Assembly (NCBI GenBank): GCA_035506515.1
Contig: DATJPG010000072.1
Span: 69,563-133,562, forward strand
DNA length: 64,000 nucleotides
DNA from: Acidobacteriota bacterium
GTDB taxonomy: Bacteria; Acidobacteriota; UBA6911
Reading direction: 5' to 3'
The notes beneath the pieces were generated by a model. The model made no database searches, was not told where the DNA came from, and saw only the letters and a program-made list of their open reading frames with translations. The position numbers and the translations under genes were made by a program. Positions 1 through 10,532 of the stretch are shown one piece after another (position 1 is the stretch's first letter; the number at the start of each line of letters is the position of its first letter).

Positions 1-474
1 GGAAACAGCGTGATCCCCAAGAAAAATTCCGCCCGTCAGATTCTCAAAACCCTGAAATCAAACGGCACAGCCGGAATCCTGATCGATCAAAACACAAGCC
101 TTCAGGAAGGCATGTTTGCGGATTTCTTTGGTCTGCCGGCGGCTACAACCTCCGGTATGGCTTTCCTGGCGCTGCATACGGACGCCCCTGTGCTTCCCGG
201 ATATCTGACTCCCATGCGCAACGGCCGCTATACCATTAAGTTTTTGCCACCGATTGAAACGAAACAGACCGGGGACATGCAGCGGGACCTTGCGGTCTAT
301 ACACGCGCATTCAACGAAGTCCTCGAAAAGATAATCCGCGAACAGCCGGAATCGTGGTTGTGGGGCCACAAGCGCTGGAAATATCAGCCTCCCGAAAATC
401 CTCAGAATCTTTATAATCTGTCTGAGCAGGATCTTGCGCGGTTTTTAAAAAAGATTCGGGAACAAAAGCCCTGA
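1..474 (+). CDS. Lipid A biosynthesis acyltransferase (LpxL/HtrB lysophospholipid-acyltransferase family), C-terminal ~155 aa; 5' end lies outside the window
   Basis: The reading frame is open to position 1 (GNS-V-IPKK...). An ILIDQN motif and the C-terminal region are typical of late lipid-A acyltransferases. Confidence 0.55.
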   Translation, partial: GNSVIPKKNSARQILKTLKSNGTAGILIDQNTSLQEGMFADFFGLPAATTSGMAFLALHTDAPVLPGYLTPMRNGRYTIKFLPPIETKQTGDMQRDLAVYTRAFNEVLEKIIREQPESWLWGHKRWKYQPPENPQNLYNLSEQDLARFLKKIREQKP

Positions 475-543
475 TTGGGGCTCAGCCACCATTTGAACAC
501 GAAATAACCGGAATACACGAAGATATTTTTTGGTGTAATTTAG

Positions 544-3366
544 TTATTTCGCAGTCACTTTCAACGCGGCCTGCGTCGTGGGCTTCACGTCCGAGATCAC
601 ACTCTCCGTATCAAAAAGATATGTTTGCTGGTCGGCGGTAAGCACGAACAGCCGTTTGCCGTCCTGGCTGAACTGCATAAAGGAGAGCGGGGTTGAGAAA
701 ATCAGATCCCTCCGTTTCTCCATGGACGGAAGAGAATAGAGGGTGACAATGCCGCGTTCATTTTCGGCGGCCAGGAGCTGGAGAGCCGGAGAAACGCGCC
801 CATACACGCCGAAAATCTGTCCCAGCCTCTTGCCGCTCGCGATGGAATAGACCAGCAGGCGGTTCTGCGTATCGCACAGGATCAGGTAATCCCCAAATGT
901 TTCTGCGCTGCGTATGCGAAACGAACCTACGCCGGTTTCCACATACACCGTGGCGATCATCTCGCCCGTGGAGGCACGCAGGATCTGAAAGTAATAATCG
1001 CCGTATCTTTCCTTTGCAGTCGCAATTCTGCTTTTCAAATCGCGATCCTTTTTGCTCTCTTCTCTGACAAATTCCGACATTGCCGACCAGCCTAATATCG
1101 CTTTGTCGTCATCCCTGCTGAAGTTGATCGAGGGCAGGCCCGATGGATACGCATGGTTCCACAATTCCTTCCCTGTTTCAGCGCTTGATATCGCAATCCC
1201 CGGTTCAGACCGGTTCTTTCCGCCGATGGGTATATCCCTGCGCTCCACAAGGTAGAGTCCCGCCTGATGCGCTTTACTGTCTTTGAGCGGGACTGCTATT
1301 TTGGCGGTAGGTCCGACCGGATCGATGCGCGCGATCATCCGCTCTTCCTGTCCAGCCTTTGGGAAATCGACCAGCAGCGTGTTATCCGGGGCAAATTGAG
1401 CTCCCTGAAAGTTGCGGGATAGAAACACCTGCTTCCCGCTGCGCAAATCCCAGATCGCGCCCCGGCTGTTGGAGGACAGCGCCAGCCAGTTCATATCGGC
1501 CGACAGGGAAACCGCGCGTAAACGCGGCAGCGGACTCAGTGGAAGGGAGGCGTTTCCAAGGGCGGCTTCCTTGTCCACGTGAAGAAGAGACAGGACGCCA
1601 TCTATGCGCTCCGAAGCAAACGTTTTGTCGTACAAATCGATGGCGTCCTGCTTGCTTGCGACGACGATCCTTTTTTGCGCAAGATCCATCACACCCGCCG
1701 GATATTTATCGATCGGGCGGATGATCACGTAATCTCCGTTGGTTACCGGGGCCACGCTGGCGATTCCGACCTGCATTGAGTACTGCACCTGTCCGTCGGG
1801 GAAGCTGACGACCGCCGATTTTTCACCGGTCTTGCCGCTTGCGCCGACAAAGCGCCCTCCGCTCATGAAGGAAAAGCTCCTGTCCAACAAAGTCCGGATC
1901 GACGGGGGCAATTTCAGCTCCTTGCCTTCCACAAAATCGTAAGCAACATAGCCGGACTGTGTGGGAGCTTCGCCTACAAAATAACGTCCATCGGGGCTGA
2001 ACTCACCTCTGAAGCTGCGCCCTAAGCTGGCGTTGAATGCCAGGATGTACATATAAATTGGAGAGGCGAAGCTTTCTGCTTTTTTTTCAAAAATGCGACG
2101 GCCTCCATCCGTTTCGAAAATGATCGTGGTCATATTTTCATTCAGGCAAACCAATCGCTTGCCTTCCGGAGACAAACTGGTCTGGAGGCATTCCTCGGTG
2201 ATCGTCAATTCTTTCAATGACGTCCGCCGCTCTTCGCCAATACTCCATGTTTCCACGCGCATTCCGGCGGTGTGAAAAACGATCGATTTGGAATCGGGCG
2301 TGAATTGAGCGGCGGAAGCCTCCTGCGCATCGATCCGGAAACGGAACTCGAAAGGATCCCTCGAAAGGACAAAAATGCTCGAGGCATCCTGGGCAAGCAG
2401 GTATTTTCCGTCACCGCTGAACCGCATGTACGAGATGCTGCTGCGAAGCTGGGGATGTAATGTCTGTTTCAACATCGCATTTGGGAGGGATTCGCGGTAT
2501 CCGAGACCGGAGTAATTCAGGACAGACGCCTGCCATTCCTCGAAGGTCTGGACCGCAGATTCCGGCTTCGTCCCGGCGCATGCGGAAGGAAGTTGCTGTG
2601 CCAGGCGCCGCAGCTCGCGAAGCCGCCTCTGCTCCGGTCTCGTGACGGCGAAAAAATCACTCAGAGCGCTTCCCGTTCTGCCCCCCGCTCCTGCGATGCG
2701 GTCCCAGAACTCGGCATTGGCCTCGGGCCGGTACCCGGCGCGCTTGGAAAGATAAACGGAAACACGATCTGCGACAATCTCTTCCGATTCCGACTCGTGT
2801 TCGCTGTTTCCCATGACGCGCGGATTTCGGCCAACGTTGTCGAGCAGCTTGTTGTATTTCTCGAAAACGTCTTTGCGGTCTCCAAACGAATTGACACCTA
2901 AAATTTTCTGAAATGCACGCGTGAGATCCGCCGCAGACTGGCGTGTGATGATATGGCCGATCTCGTGCGCAACCACTCCCGCCAATTCATCCTCACTGCG
3001 CGTGGCGGCAATCAGTTTGCGCGTGACATACACACGCCCGCCGGGAAAACTGAAGGCATTCACTTCCGGGTAATCCACAATTAAAAACCGGAATGGGATA
3101 TTCGATGGGGGTAACTGGGCCAAAAGCCTTCTTCCGATCCTGTCCAGGTTTTCCGTGATCACATCGTCGATCACCCGATATTCTCGCTGAACCGACTCCG
3201 CGATGGCGTCTCCTAGATCGGCTTCCTGCCGTATGCTGAAAATATTCGGAGATTTGTCCGGCAGTATGAATGAAGGCACCGGGCAGGCATCCTGGCTGCG
3301 AACGGAAGCCGGGATTGCAAAACCAATAAGCAGGACAAGCATCCATCGATGTACAAATATTCTCAT
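544..3366 (-). CDS. Secreted M48-family zinc metallopeptidase fused to a long beta-propeller (TolB/WD40-like) C-terminal domain
   Basis: HEIGH (HEXXH) zinc motif in the N-terminal third. Signal peptide MRIFVHRWMLVLLIGFAIPASVRS with a GAGGGAG RBS 7 nt upstream of the ATG at 3366. The C-terminal ~550 aa has repeated propeller-like segments. The ORF-track start at 3399 is probably an upstream extension. Confidence 0.7.
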   Translation of the reverse strand: MRIFVHRWMLVLLIGFAIPASVRSQDACPVPSFILPDKSPNIFSIRQEADLGDAIAESVQREYRVIDDVITENLDRIGRRLLAQLPPSNIPFRFLIVDYPEVNAFSFPGGRVYVTRKLIAATRSEDELAGVVAHEIGHIITRQSAADLTRAFQKILGVNSFGDRKDVFEKYNKLLDNVGRNPRVMGNSEHESESEEIVADRVSVYLSKRAGYRPEANAEFWDRIAGAGGRTGSALSDFFAVTRPEQRRLRELRRLAQQLPSACAGTKPESAVQTFEEWQASVLNYSGLGYRESLPNAMLKQTLHPQLRSSISYMRFSGDGKYLLAQDASSIFVLSRDPFEFRFRIDAQEASAAQFTPDSKSIVFHTAGMRVETWSIGEERRTSLKELTITEECLQTSLSPEGKRLVCLNENMTTIIFETDGGRRIFEKKAESFASPIYMYILAFNASLGRSFRGEFSPDGRYFVGEAPTQSGYVAYDFVEGKELKLPPSIRTLLDRSFSFMSGGRFVGASGKTGEKSAVVSFPDGQVQYSMQVGIASVAPVTNGDYVIIRPIDKYPAGVMDLAQKRIVVASKQDAIDLYDKTFASERIDGVLSLLHVDKEAALGNASLPLSPLPRLRAVSLSADMNWLALSSNSRGAIWDLRSGKQVFLSRNFQGAQFAPDNTLLVDFPKAGQEERMIARIDPVGPTAKIAVPLKDSKAHQAGLYLVERRDIPIGGKNRSEPGIAISSAETGKELWNHAYPSGLPSINFSRDDDKAILGWSAMSEFVREESKKDRDLKSRIATAKERYGDYYFQILRASTGEMIATVYVETGVGSFRIRSAETFGDYLILCDTQNRLLVYSIASGKRLGQIFGVYGRVSPALQLLAAENERGIVTLYSLPSMEKRRDLIFSTPLSFMQFSQDGKRLFVLTADQQTYLFDTESVISDVKPTTQAALKVTAK

Positions 3367-3613
3367 GGTGCTCCCTCGAAATGACCTTGGACAGGGCATA
3401 GAAACTCAAAGCTGCCTATTTTGCTTGGGACGACTTTATCCAATACTTCCGCGATTATACGCTAAAAGCATCCCGGGGGGAGTTTATAAAGAGAATTTGT
3501 CGAGCATCATGAATGCACCCTTTTTAAACACGAAATACACGGAATACATGAACAAATTTTTGTGTAATTCGTGTCTTTCGTGGTTAGACGTCTTTTATAG
3601 AATCGGGAATGAT

Positions 3614-5097
3614 TTATTTGGGCGGCTGATCGCCTAGAAGGCGAATGAAGCTTTCCTTGTATCGGATGGGATCCAACTCCGAGTGCACTTTCTTCAATTC
3701 TTCTTTCAGCAGAGACCGGTATTTGTCCGGCTCAAGTTCGATGGCGCTGGCAAAACTTTTGATGGCGGAATCCGGCTGATTCCCCCTGACGTACAACACC
3801 CCAAGGTGAAAATAGTTCAGAGCCTTGCCTTTCCCCAAAGCAATCACCTTCTCATGGGCCTGGATGGCTTCTGTATCCTGTTCCATGTTCTCCGCAACCA
3901 GAGCCACATTGGACCAGGCTGCAGCGTAATCGGGATCGAGCGCAAGCGCCATCTTCAACTCCGCCATCGCCTCGTTGAACTTTTTTTGTTCCGCAAACAT
4001 TGTGCCCAGATTGAAATGCACGGCTTTTTGTTTGGAGTTCAATTCAAGCGACCTTCGATAGGCTGCGGCAGCTTCGTCGAACTTTTTCAGATCGCTGTAT
4101 AGATCGCCCAGCAGAAAAAATATGTCCGGGTTTTTGTCGTTCAGCTTCGCCGCGCTCTCAAGCGCCGCGATAGCCTCTTCCGTTCGGTTGAGATTCGACA
4201 GGCTGAAACCGTACTTCGCGTACAGAGCGCTCCGGTCGGAAACTTTATTCAGTGCCGCTTTGTATGCAATTGCCGCCTTTGCGTGCCGCTGCTGGAGCGC
4301 GTAGACATCCCCCAGTTTTTCAAGCAGATCCGCATCGCCGGGCTTTATTTCGTTGGCAGCTTCCAATTCCACAGCAGCCTTGTCGTTCTGATCCTGCTGC
4401 ATGTAAATAGAGGAAAGATTGTAATGCGCCGCATAGTTTTTGGGATCGATGCGCAGCGCCTCCTGATAGTGTGGGACCGCTTTTTCCGGGGCGTTGTTCC
4501 TTTGGAACAGCAGCGCCAGGTCCAGCTGTGAGGAGACGTCGTTCGGTTCGGCGTCAATGATCTGCTGCAGAAGCTGTATCGCAGCGTCGTCGTCCTTGTT
4601 GTCGAACCGCAGGTAGGCGAGGGTTTTCAACAGCTTCAAATCCTTGGGATTCCGCTCGCGCGCCTTCTCCAATGCCGCAATGGCCGCGTTGATATTCCCC
4701 GATCCCTCGTACGCCGTGGCCAGGAGCACGTAAATGCCCGGATCGAATTTCGGCTCTATCTTCAGCACCGTCTCAAATTCGGTCGCGGCCTGCTTCATTT
4801 TTTTCTGATTGGCGTAAATCAGCCCGAGGTTATAGTGCGCTTCCAGGAAATCAGCCTTAATCTGAATCGCTTTGCGGAACAAATCGGCCTGTTCTTCGCT
4901 GTTTTCCTGCGGCGTCCCGATCATCGCCTCGGCTTTTTTGAACCATGTCATGGCTTCCCGATACACCTTGGCGTCATCGATGGTGCTCACTTTCTGTTTG
5001 CTTTGCGGCGCAGTGCTCTGCGCCGGAGAGGCAACGGCCCAAAGACACAACAACACCCATACCGCAATAATGGCGCGCAGTACTCTCAGGATGCGCA
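3614..5097 (-). CDS. Secreted tetratricopeptide-repeat (TPR) protein
   Basis: Many consecutive TPR-like 34-residue repeats (AxxYxxLGxxYxxxGxxxxA pattern). Signal peptide MRILRVLRAIIAVWVLLCLWAVASPAQS. A GAGGA RBS precedes the ATG at 5097. The track start at 5194 would overlap the upstream gene by 86 bp. Confidence 0.8.
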
Positions 5098-5108
5098 TAC
5101 GAATATCC

Positions 5109-6062
5109 TCACAGCAGTTCTTCAGCAGTGGCCGAATCCAACGCAATATTTTCGAAAGCCGACAGCCGGTGGAATTCTCTAAACCGGGCTTCAATCTCGG
5201 GAAACGTGAGATCCCCGAGTTTTCGCGGGCCGAAATCCATGACGTTGAAGGACGCCATCACGGAGCCGAATATCACAGCCTTCCTCAGGGCTGCGTCGTC
5301 GCAGGCTCCCGAAGCAGCGAGATATCCCATGAGTCCGCCGGCAAACGAATCGCCTGCGCCTGTAGGGTCCATGACCTCTTCTAGCGGATACGCGGGTGCG
5401 CTGAACATCGAGTTGCCGTTAAACAGCAAGGCACCGTGCTCTCCTCGCTTGATCACCAGAGTTTTCGGTCCCATCGATACTATCTTGCGCGCCGCGCGCA
5501 ATAGATTCGTCTCTGCCGAAAGCTGCCGCGCTTCACCGTCGTTGATGATCAAGAGATCTATTTTGGCAAGAGTCTGTAACAGCGATGCTCTCGAATGCTG
5601 GATCCAGAAGTTCATCGTGTCGCAGGCGACAAGTTTCGGCTGCTTCACCTGCTCCAGAACGGCCCGCTGAAGTCCCGGGTCGATATTGCCCAGAAAAATA
5701 TATTCCAGCGCCCGATGCGTACCGAGCAGTTTGGGCGAAAAATCCGCAAAGACATTCAGTTGCGTGTCCAGCGTCGTGCAGGTATTCAGGTCGGAACCAT
5801 ACTCCCCTTTCCAGCGGAAAGTATTTCCTTGCACCTGCTGCAGCCCCGAAGTATCGATTCCCTTGCGCTGCAAAAACTTCACATGCTCCTCGGGGAAATC
5901 GTCTCCCACAACGGCCACAATGCTGACTTCGGTGAAATAGCTTGCGGCAACGCTGAAATACGTGGCGGATCCGCCTAAAGCATCCGTTTTGATTCCGGAT
6001 GGGGTTTTGACCGAGTCGAGCGCCACCGATCCCACAACCAGTATCCCCATGTTTTCTATCAA
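5109..6062 (-). CDS. PfkB-family carbohydrate/nucleoside kinase (ribokinase-like)
   Basis: N-terminal GG motif (VVGSVALDSV...GGSATY) and the C-terminal DPTGAGDSFAGG signature of the PfkB family. Confidence 0.85.
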   Translation of the reverse strand: MIENMGILVVGSVALDSVKTPSGIKTDALGGSATYFSVAASYFTEVSIVAVVGDDFPEEHVKFLQRKGIDTSGLQQVQGNTFRWKGEYGSDLNTCTTLDTQLNVFADFSPKLLGTHRALEYIFLGNIDPGLQRAVLEQVKQPKLVACDTMNFWIQHSRASLLQTLAKIDLLIINDGEARQLSAETNLLRAARKIVSMGPKTLVIKRGEHGALLFNGNSMFSAPAYPLEEVMDPTGAGDSFAGGLMGYLAASGACDDAALRKAVIFGSVMASFNVMDFGPRKLGDLTFPEIEARFREFHRLSAFENIALDSATAEELL

Positions 6063-6119
6063 CCTCCAGTAAGTATCCTCCAGCAGAGCCGGAGACTTAA
6101 GTCCATGAGCTGCTCAGAG

Positions 6120-6262
6120 CGGCCTGAACAGTGCAATCGGGGTCGGGATCGGAGTCGGTATCGCATATCGCAATCGGATTTGGGTGTTTCTCTTGTTGCG
6201 TCGAAAAACAATTCCCGATAGCGACTCTGACCGCGATTGGATTGACCGCGGTGATGCTGACA
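6120..6262. repeat. Intergenic imperfect-palindromic repeat, copy A (NNTCGG hexamer-unit family)
   Basis: The arm gcaatcggggtcgggatcggagtcggtatcgcatatcgcaatcggattt (6133-6183) is about 90% identical to the reverse complement of 47301-47355. A second inverted arm with TCG-type units lies at 6215-6260. Confidence 0.6.
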
Positions 6263-6359
6263 GTTCTTTCATTGAAAGCTAATAGAAACCCTTCATCCAT
6301 TTACTCCGCAGTCATCAAAATCTTACTGCCTCGGCAAAGCCGGGGAATCCCTCAATGGA

Positions 6360-7223
6360 TCAGGCCAGGTACTTCCCTACAATGCATTCCAGCCGCTTTT
6401 TTGCCTCGGCCGGGATCGTTGCCTTGTCGGTAATCAGGGCATACTTTAACGCTTCCCCGCACTGGCACTTTCTTTCGTAGTTCAGATCCTTCACCGTCTG
6501 GGCGATAATTGCCTGCGCCGCCCGGACATTCTTCTGCAGATTGCCGATAATCAGATCCGCGCTGACCGTTTCGTGTGTTTCATGCCAGCAGTCGTAATCC
6601 GTTACGAGCGCAATTGTGATGTAGCAGATTTCCGCTTCTCTGGCCAGCTTGGCCTCCTGCAAGTTGGTCATGCCGATCACATCCATTCCCCAGCTGCGAT
6701 ACAGGTTTGACTCGGCCCTGGTCGAGAAGGCCGGCCCTTCCATGCAAAGATACGTACCGCCCTTTTTGGCTTTGACGCCGGTTCGACCCGCTGCCGCGTG
6801 AACCTGTTCCAGAAGATCGGGGCACACCGGATCGGCGAAGGAAATATGCGCGACAATGCCATTGCCGAAGAAGCTCGAAACGCGTCCCCGTGTGCGGTCC
6901 AAAAACTGATCCGGTAGAACAACATCCAGAGGCTCAATCTCCTCTTTCAGCGAGCCCACCGCGCTCACGGAGACGATGCGTTCAACGCCAAGAAGCTTGA
7001 AAGCACACAGATTGGCGCGAAAGTTAAGCTCCGTGGGCATGAAGCGATGGCCCCGGCCATGCCGTGCGAGGAAGGCGACCCGTGTGCCGGAGAGAGTCCC
7101 AAGGACAAGATTGTCCGAAGGACTGCCAAAGGGTGTTTCAATCGCAATCTCCTTGCGATCGGTCAAGCCCGGCATGTCATACAGTCCACTGCCACCTATA
7201 ATTCCGATTTTAACCTTTTCCAT
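6360..7223 (-). CDS. mtnP: S-methyl-5'-thioadenosine phosphorylase
   Basis: IGIIGGSGLYD N-terminus and a PNP/MTAP-family fold throughout (GMTNLQEAKLAREAEICY...). Confidence 0.88.
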   Translation of the reverse strand: MEKVKIGIIGGSGLYDMPGLTDRKEIAIETPFGSPSDNLVLGTLSGTRVAFLARHGRGHRFMPTELNFRANLCAFKLLGVERIVSVSAVGSLKEEIEPLDVVLPDQFLDRTRGRVSSFFGNGIVAHISFADPVCPDLLEQVHAAAGRTGVKAKKGGTYLCMEGPAFSTRAESNLYRSWGMDVIGMTNLQEAKLAREAEICYITIALVTDYDCWHETHETVSADLIIGNLQKNVRAAQAIIAQTVKDLNYERKCQCGEALKYALITDKATIPAEAKKRLECIVGKYLA

Positions 7224-7333
7224 ATAGTCCCGCTGTGAAGGCTGAATTTGTTGTTAAAAGACATCCAAGCTTGCCACGAAGCAAGCTGATTAAACCACCC
7301 TAAAATGTCGAAGCTTAGGGAATGAAACCAAAT

Positions 7334-8395
7334 CTACGCTTTTCGCATACACTGGGCGAACGCTTCCGCCGCAAGGTATATCTGCTCGCGGCTTACGTCG
7401 TTGTGCGTTACCAGACGAAGCCGGGCGGCGTCCAGCGCCGACACCAGCACCTTTTTTTCTCTGAGCCGCCCGACCAAATCGCTGCTCTCAAGCCCGGTGC
7501 GGCTGGTGCCCACCATCATGATGTTGGTAAGCACCCCTTCGGGTTTCACATCCAGTTCGGGGATATTATGAAGCAAATCCGCCATTAGCCGGGCATTGCG
7601 ATGATCTTCGCCTAGTCTCGCCGGCATTTTTTCGAGCGCAATCAGACCCGCAGCAGCGAGCACTCCGACTTGACGCATGCCACCGCCCAGCAATTTGCGA
7701 ACGCTACGCGCCCTCTCGATAAAAGATCTGGATCCCACAAGCAAAGACCCCACTGGCGCAGACAGTCCTTTGGAAAGGCAGAACATGACGGAATCGCAGT
7801 TCCGAACCAGGCTTGCAACATCGATGTTCAGTGCAGTGGCTGCATTGAAAATGCGGGCGCCATCCATGTGGACGGGTAATCCTGCCTCGTGAGCCTTGTT
7901 GCAGATATCGTCAATCCGCTCCTTCGGGTAAAGAGTTCCACCGGCCATATTGTGCGTGTTCTCGAGCGCAATCAGTCCCGTTTGAGCCCTATAGTAAATC
8001 TTGGGACGAATGACCTTCCGGATATCTTCCCACTCCAGAATGCCCTCGGATGAGGGAATCGGACGAGCCAGTGTTCCGCTGATCACGGCCATCGCGGCCA
8101 TCTCAAACTCATAAATATGCGCACTGCCTTCCGTGATCACTTCCTGTCCCGGATTCGTGTGCACACGAATGGCAACCTGGTTTCCCATGGTTCCGGAAGG
8201 GACAAAAAGGGCAGCCTCTTTTTTAAAAATCTCAGCCGCGCGATCCTGAAGCCTGTTTACAGTAGGATCGTCCATGTAGACGTCATCGCCAACCTCGGCC
8301 GCCGCCATCGCTGCCCGCATTTCAGCCGTAGGCCTGGTTACCGTGTCGCTCCTGAGATCAATCACAGAATTATCCATTCTTTTATCCTTAAACAA
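7334..8395 (-). CDS. ltaE: Low-specificity L-threonine aldolase
   Basis: [13 protein letters not shown]-terminal signature and a PLP-dependent aldolase fold with a [13 protein letters not shown] lysine region. Confidence 0.85.
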   Translation of the reverse strand: MFKDKRMDNSVIDLRSDTVTRPTAEMRAAMAAAEVGDDVYMDDPTVNRLQDRAAEIFKKEAALFVPSGTMGNQVAIRVHTNPGQEVITEGSAHIYEFEMAAMAVISGTLARPIPSSEGILEWEDIRKVIRPKIYYRAQTGLIALENTHNMAGGTLYPKERIDDICNKAHEAGLPVHMDGARIFNAATALNIDVASLVRNCDSVMFCLSKGLSAPVGSLLVGSRSFIERARSVRKLLGGGMRQVGVLAAAGLIALEKMPARLGEDHRNARLMADLLHNIPELDVKPEGVLTNIMMVGTSRTGLESSDLVGRLREKKVLVSALDAARLRLVTHNDVSREQIYLAAEAFAQCMRKA

Positions 8396-9581
8396 ATTGT
8401 TGAAATATTTCGTTTGATATTAGCATCCCTGAAGGCAATAACCGCACTTTTGCTCCGACTTTTTCGGCCAATCCTTTATGAAGCCACTCCTCAAGTGCCG
8501 CCTCATATTTCGATGCTTTTTGCGCTCCGAATCTGCGTCGTATGTCATCCCAATCCACGCCTTCAGCCATCCTGAGACCCAGAAACAGAGTTTCCTGCAA
8601 CGCTCGATCGGCATCGATAGGTTCCTGCCATGCTCGCGGAGACTGTCCGTTTTCGGCGGCCGCAAGAAACAGGTCCATCTGCGTTGTATTAGCCCATCTC
8701 GTCATCCCGTCGAACGAATGGCTTCCCAGGCCGAAGCCATACACCGGGTTGCGTTTCCAATACTTTAGATTATGACGTGACGCATACCCCGGGCGCGCGA
8801 AATTGCTGATTTCATACTGCTGATATTCTTGCGCCGCGAAGAATTCTACCGTTTCCAGGTACAGATCGGATATGAGATCTTCTTCGGGCAAATTTACGAC
8901 ACCCTCTTCAACCCGGGTGCGCATAGGGCATGGTTCATCCAAATCCAGCATATAAACCGATACGTGAGGAATCCCGAGCGCTACGACCCTGTCCAGGTTA
9001 TTTTTCCAGCTTTGCCGGGTTTGTCCCGGAAGCCCGAGCATCAGATCCAGGTTGATGTTGTCAAAACCGTTTTTTTTCAGTTGGCTCAGCGCATCGATGA
9101 TCATTCCCCGGGAATGAATCCGGCCGGCGGCAGACAGTTCCTCTTCTGAGAAGGACTGGGCCCCTATTGAAACCCTGTTGATGCCGCCCCCTCGATAGAT
9201 TTGAACATTTTCTTTGGAGATGGTTCCAGGATTCGCTTCGATGGATATTTCACAATCGTCGGTGACCCGAAAACCATCCCTGCACAGCCGTAATATTTCC
9301 AGAATCTTATTTGGCTCGAGGATGCTCGGGGTGCCGCCGCCAAAATAGATCGAATCCACGGCTCCGATCTTCGAGCCCGTGCCGGCATAATGCTCTAATT
9401 CCCGCAGCATGGCATTTGCATACCGGGTCGCCACCTCACTATCGAATGGCAGGCTGACGAAGTGACAATAGCTGCATCGCGATCGGCAGAATGGAATATG
9501 GAAATACAGCCCGCTCTTCAAATTGAGACACCCTATCCCGGCAGCCGCTGTTTTCGGCTGCCTGATCTGAATACCATTCAA
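8388..9581 (-). CDS. hemW: Radical-SAM heme chaperone HemW (coproporphyrinogen-III-oxidase-like)
   Basis: [17 protein letters not shown] CxxxCxxC radical-SAM motif and a HemN-like C-terminal domain. Overlaps ltaE by 8 bp. The exact start is uncertain. Confidence 0.8.
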   Translation of the reverse strand: MNGIQIRQPKTAAAGIGCLNLKSGLYFHIPFCRSRCSYCHFVSLPFDSEVATRYANAMLRELEHYAGTGSKIGAVDSIYFGGGTPSILEPNKILEILRLCRDGFRVTDDCEISIEANPGTISKENVQIYRGGGINRVSIGAQSFSEEELSAAGRIHSRGMIIDALSQLKKNGFDNINLDLMLGLPGQTRQSWKNNLDRVVALGIPHVSVYMLDLDEPCPMRTRVEEGVVNLPEEDLISDLYLETVEFFAAQEYQQYEISNFARPGYASRHNLKYWKRNPVYGFGLGSHSFDGMTRWANTTQMDLFLAAAENGQSPRAWQEPIDADRALQETLFLGLRMAEGVDWDDIRRRFGAQKASKYEAALEEWLHKGLAEKVGAKVRLLPSGMLISNEIFQQFV

Positions 9582-9595
9582 AAAGCATCAACGTT

Positions 9596-9722
9596 CAGAA
9601 TCGGGATCGATATCGCAATCGAGAGTCGTTATCGGCCTTTTATTTCCGATATCCGATTGCGATTCCGATACCGACCCCGACAATACTGCTTAAGCCGCTT
9701 TGAGCCGCTCATGGACTAAAAC
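9596..9722. repeat. Intergenic imperfect-palindromic repeat, copy B (two arms plus conserved flank module)
   Basis: Arms 9601-9637 and 9645-9680 are built of ATCGG/CCGAT units. The flank gcttaagccgctttgagccgctcatggactaaaacc matches 47356-47395 at 23 of 27 positions and its reverse complement matches 59322-59360. Confidence 0.6.
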
Positions 9723-9744
9723 CTCCAGCCCTGCCGGAGGGTAC

Positions 9745-10353
9745 TCACTCGGCGCTGATGCCCAGAAGGGTATCCAACGCGATAAATTCCACGCCGGCTT
9801 TGCGCATGGCATCGATTGCCTCTTTCTCTGTCTTTGGCGCAAGCGCGCGTACGGCATCCGAAACCAGTGCGGCCTGGATGTTCATGCGACGGAGGCCGAG
9901 GCAGGCGGCCCTGACGCAGTATTCGGTTGTCACTCCGAATACAATGGCGCGCGGCGGCAGAACACGCAGCAATCGTTCCGCCACGGGATTGGTGAAAAGA
10001 TCGAGTTCCTGCTTTTCCACAATGATCTGTTGATGTTTGCGCACGACATCTGAAAAATTTCGATCTACCGGTATATTTTGAAAAATCATGGGCCGGGGAA
10101 GAAGCGTTTCATCCAGTTTGCGCTGGCCTTCGGTTCCGCGCACGCAGTGCGGCGGGAACTGTTTGAACTCGGGGTCATCCGGCGCATGCGCATCGGCCGA
10201 AGAGAGGATCGTGATGTCGTTTTTCCGGGCAAAGTCGAAAAGACGCCTCAATTTCGGAATAATCCGTTCCGCGCCAGGGACATAAAGCGCTCCGCCCTTC
10301 AGCATGAAATCCCGCTGCGTATCGACATCGAGAAAGAAGATATTTTTCATCAT
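9745..10353 (-). CDS. Isochorismatase-family cysteine hydrolase (nicotinamidase-like)
   Basis: FLDVDTQRDF N-terminal aspartate and the VFGVTTEYCVRAA catalytic cysteine motif. A GGGGTG RBS precedes the ATGATG at 10353. The track start at 10437 looks like an extension. Confidence 0.7.
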   Translation of the reverse strand: MMKNIFFLDVDTQRDFMLKGGALYVPGAERIIPKLRRLFDFARKNDITILSSADAHAPDDPEFKQFPPHCVRGTEGQRKLDETLLPRPMIFQNIPVDRNFSDVVRKHQQIIVEKQELDLFTNPVAERLLRVLPPRAIVFGVTTEYCVRAACLGLRRMNIQAALVSDAVRALAPKTEKEAIDAMRKAGVEFIALDTLLGISAE

Positions 10354-10532
10354 GCACCCCAAAAGCATTATACAGACAGGATGAATTTGCCGCCAGCTTA
10401 CCCCGCCCGGCAAAAATTCAACACGTGATGGGATCAAAAAGTAACCCTGGATTACACGGATTTTTAAAATTTTTTAATTCGTGAAATCCGTGGCTGTTTT
10501 TTGATGCATGAAGATTAATGAACAGAGGGGGA

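Noticed and set aside
6131-6433. 100-aa plus-strand ORF (MQSGSGSESVSHIAIGFG...) and the similar ORF 9462..9719
   Set aside because: They are translations of the TCGG-hexamer repeat elements (hence GSGSESVS low complexity). They sit in intergenic space and have no coding-like composition.
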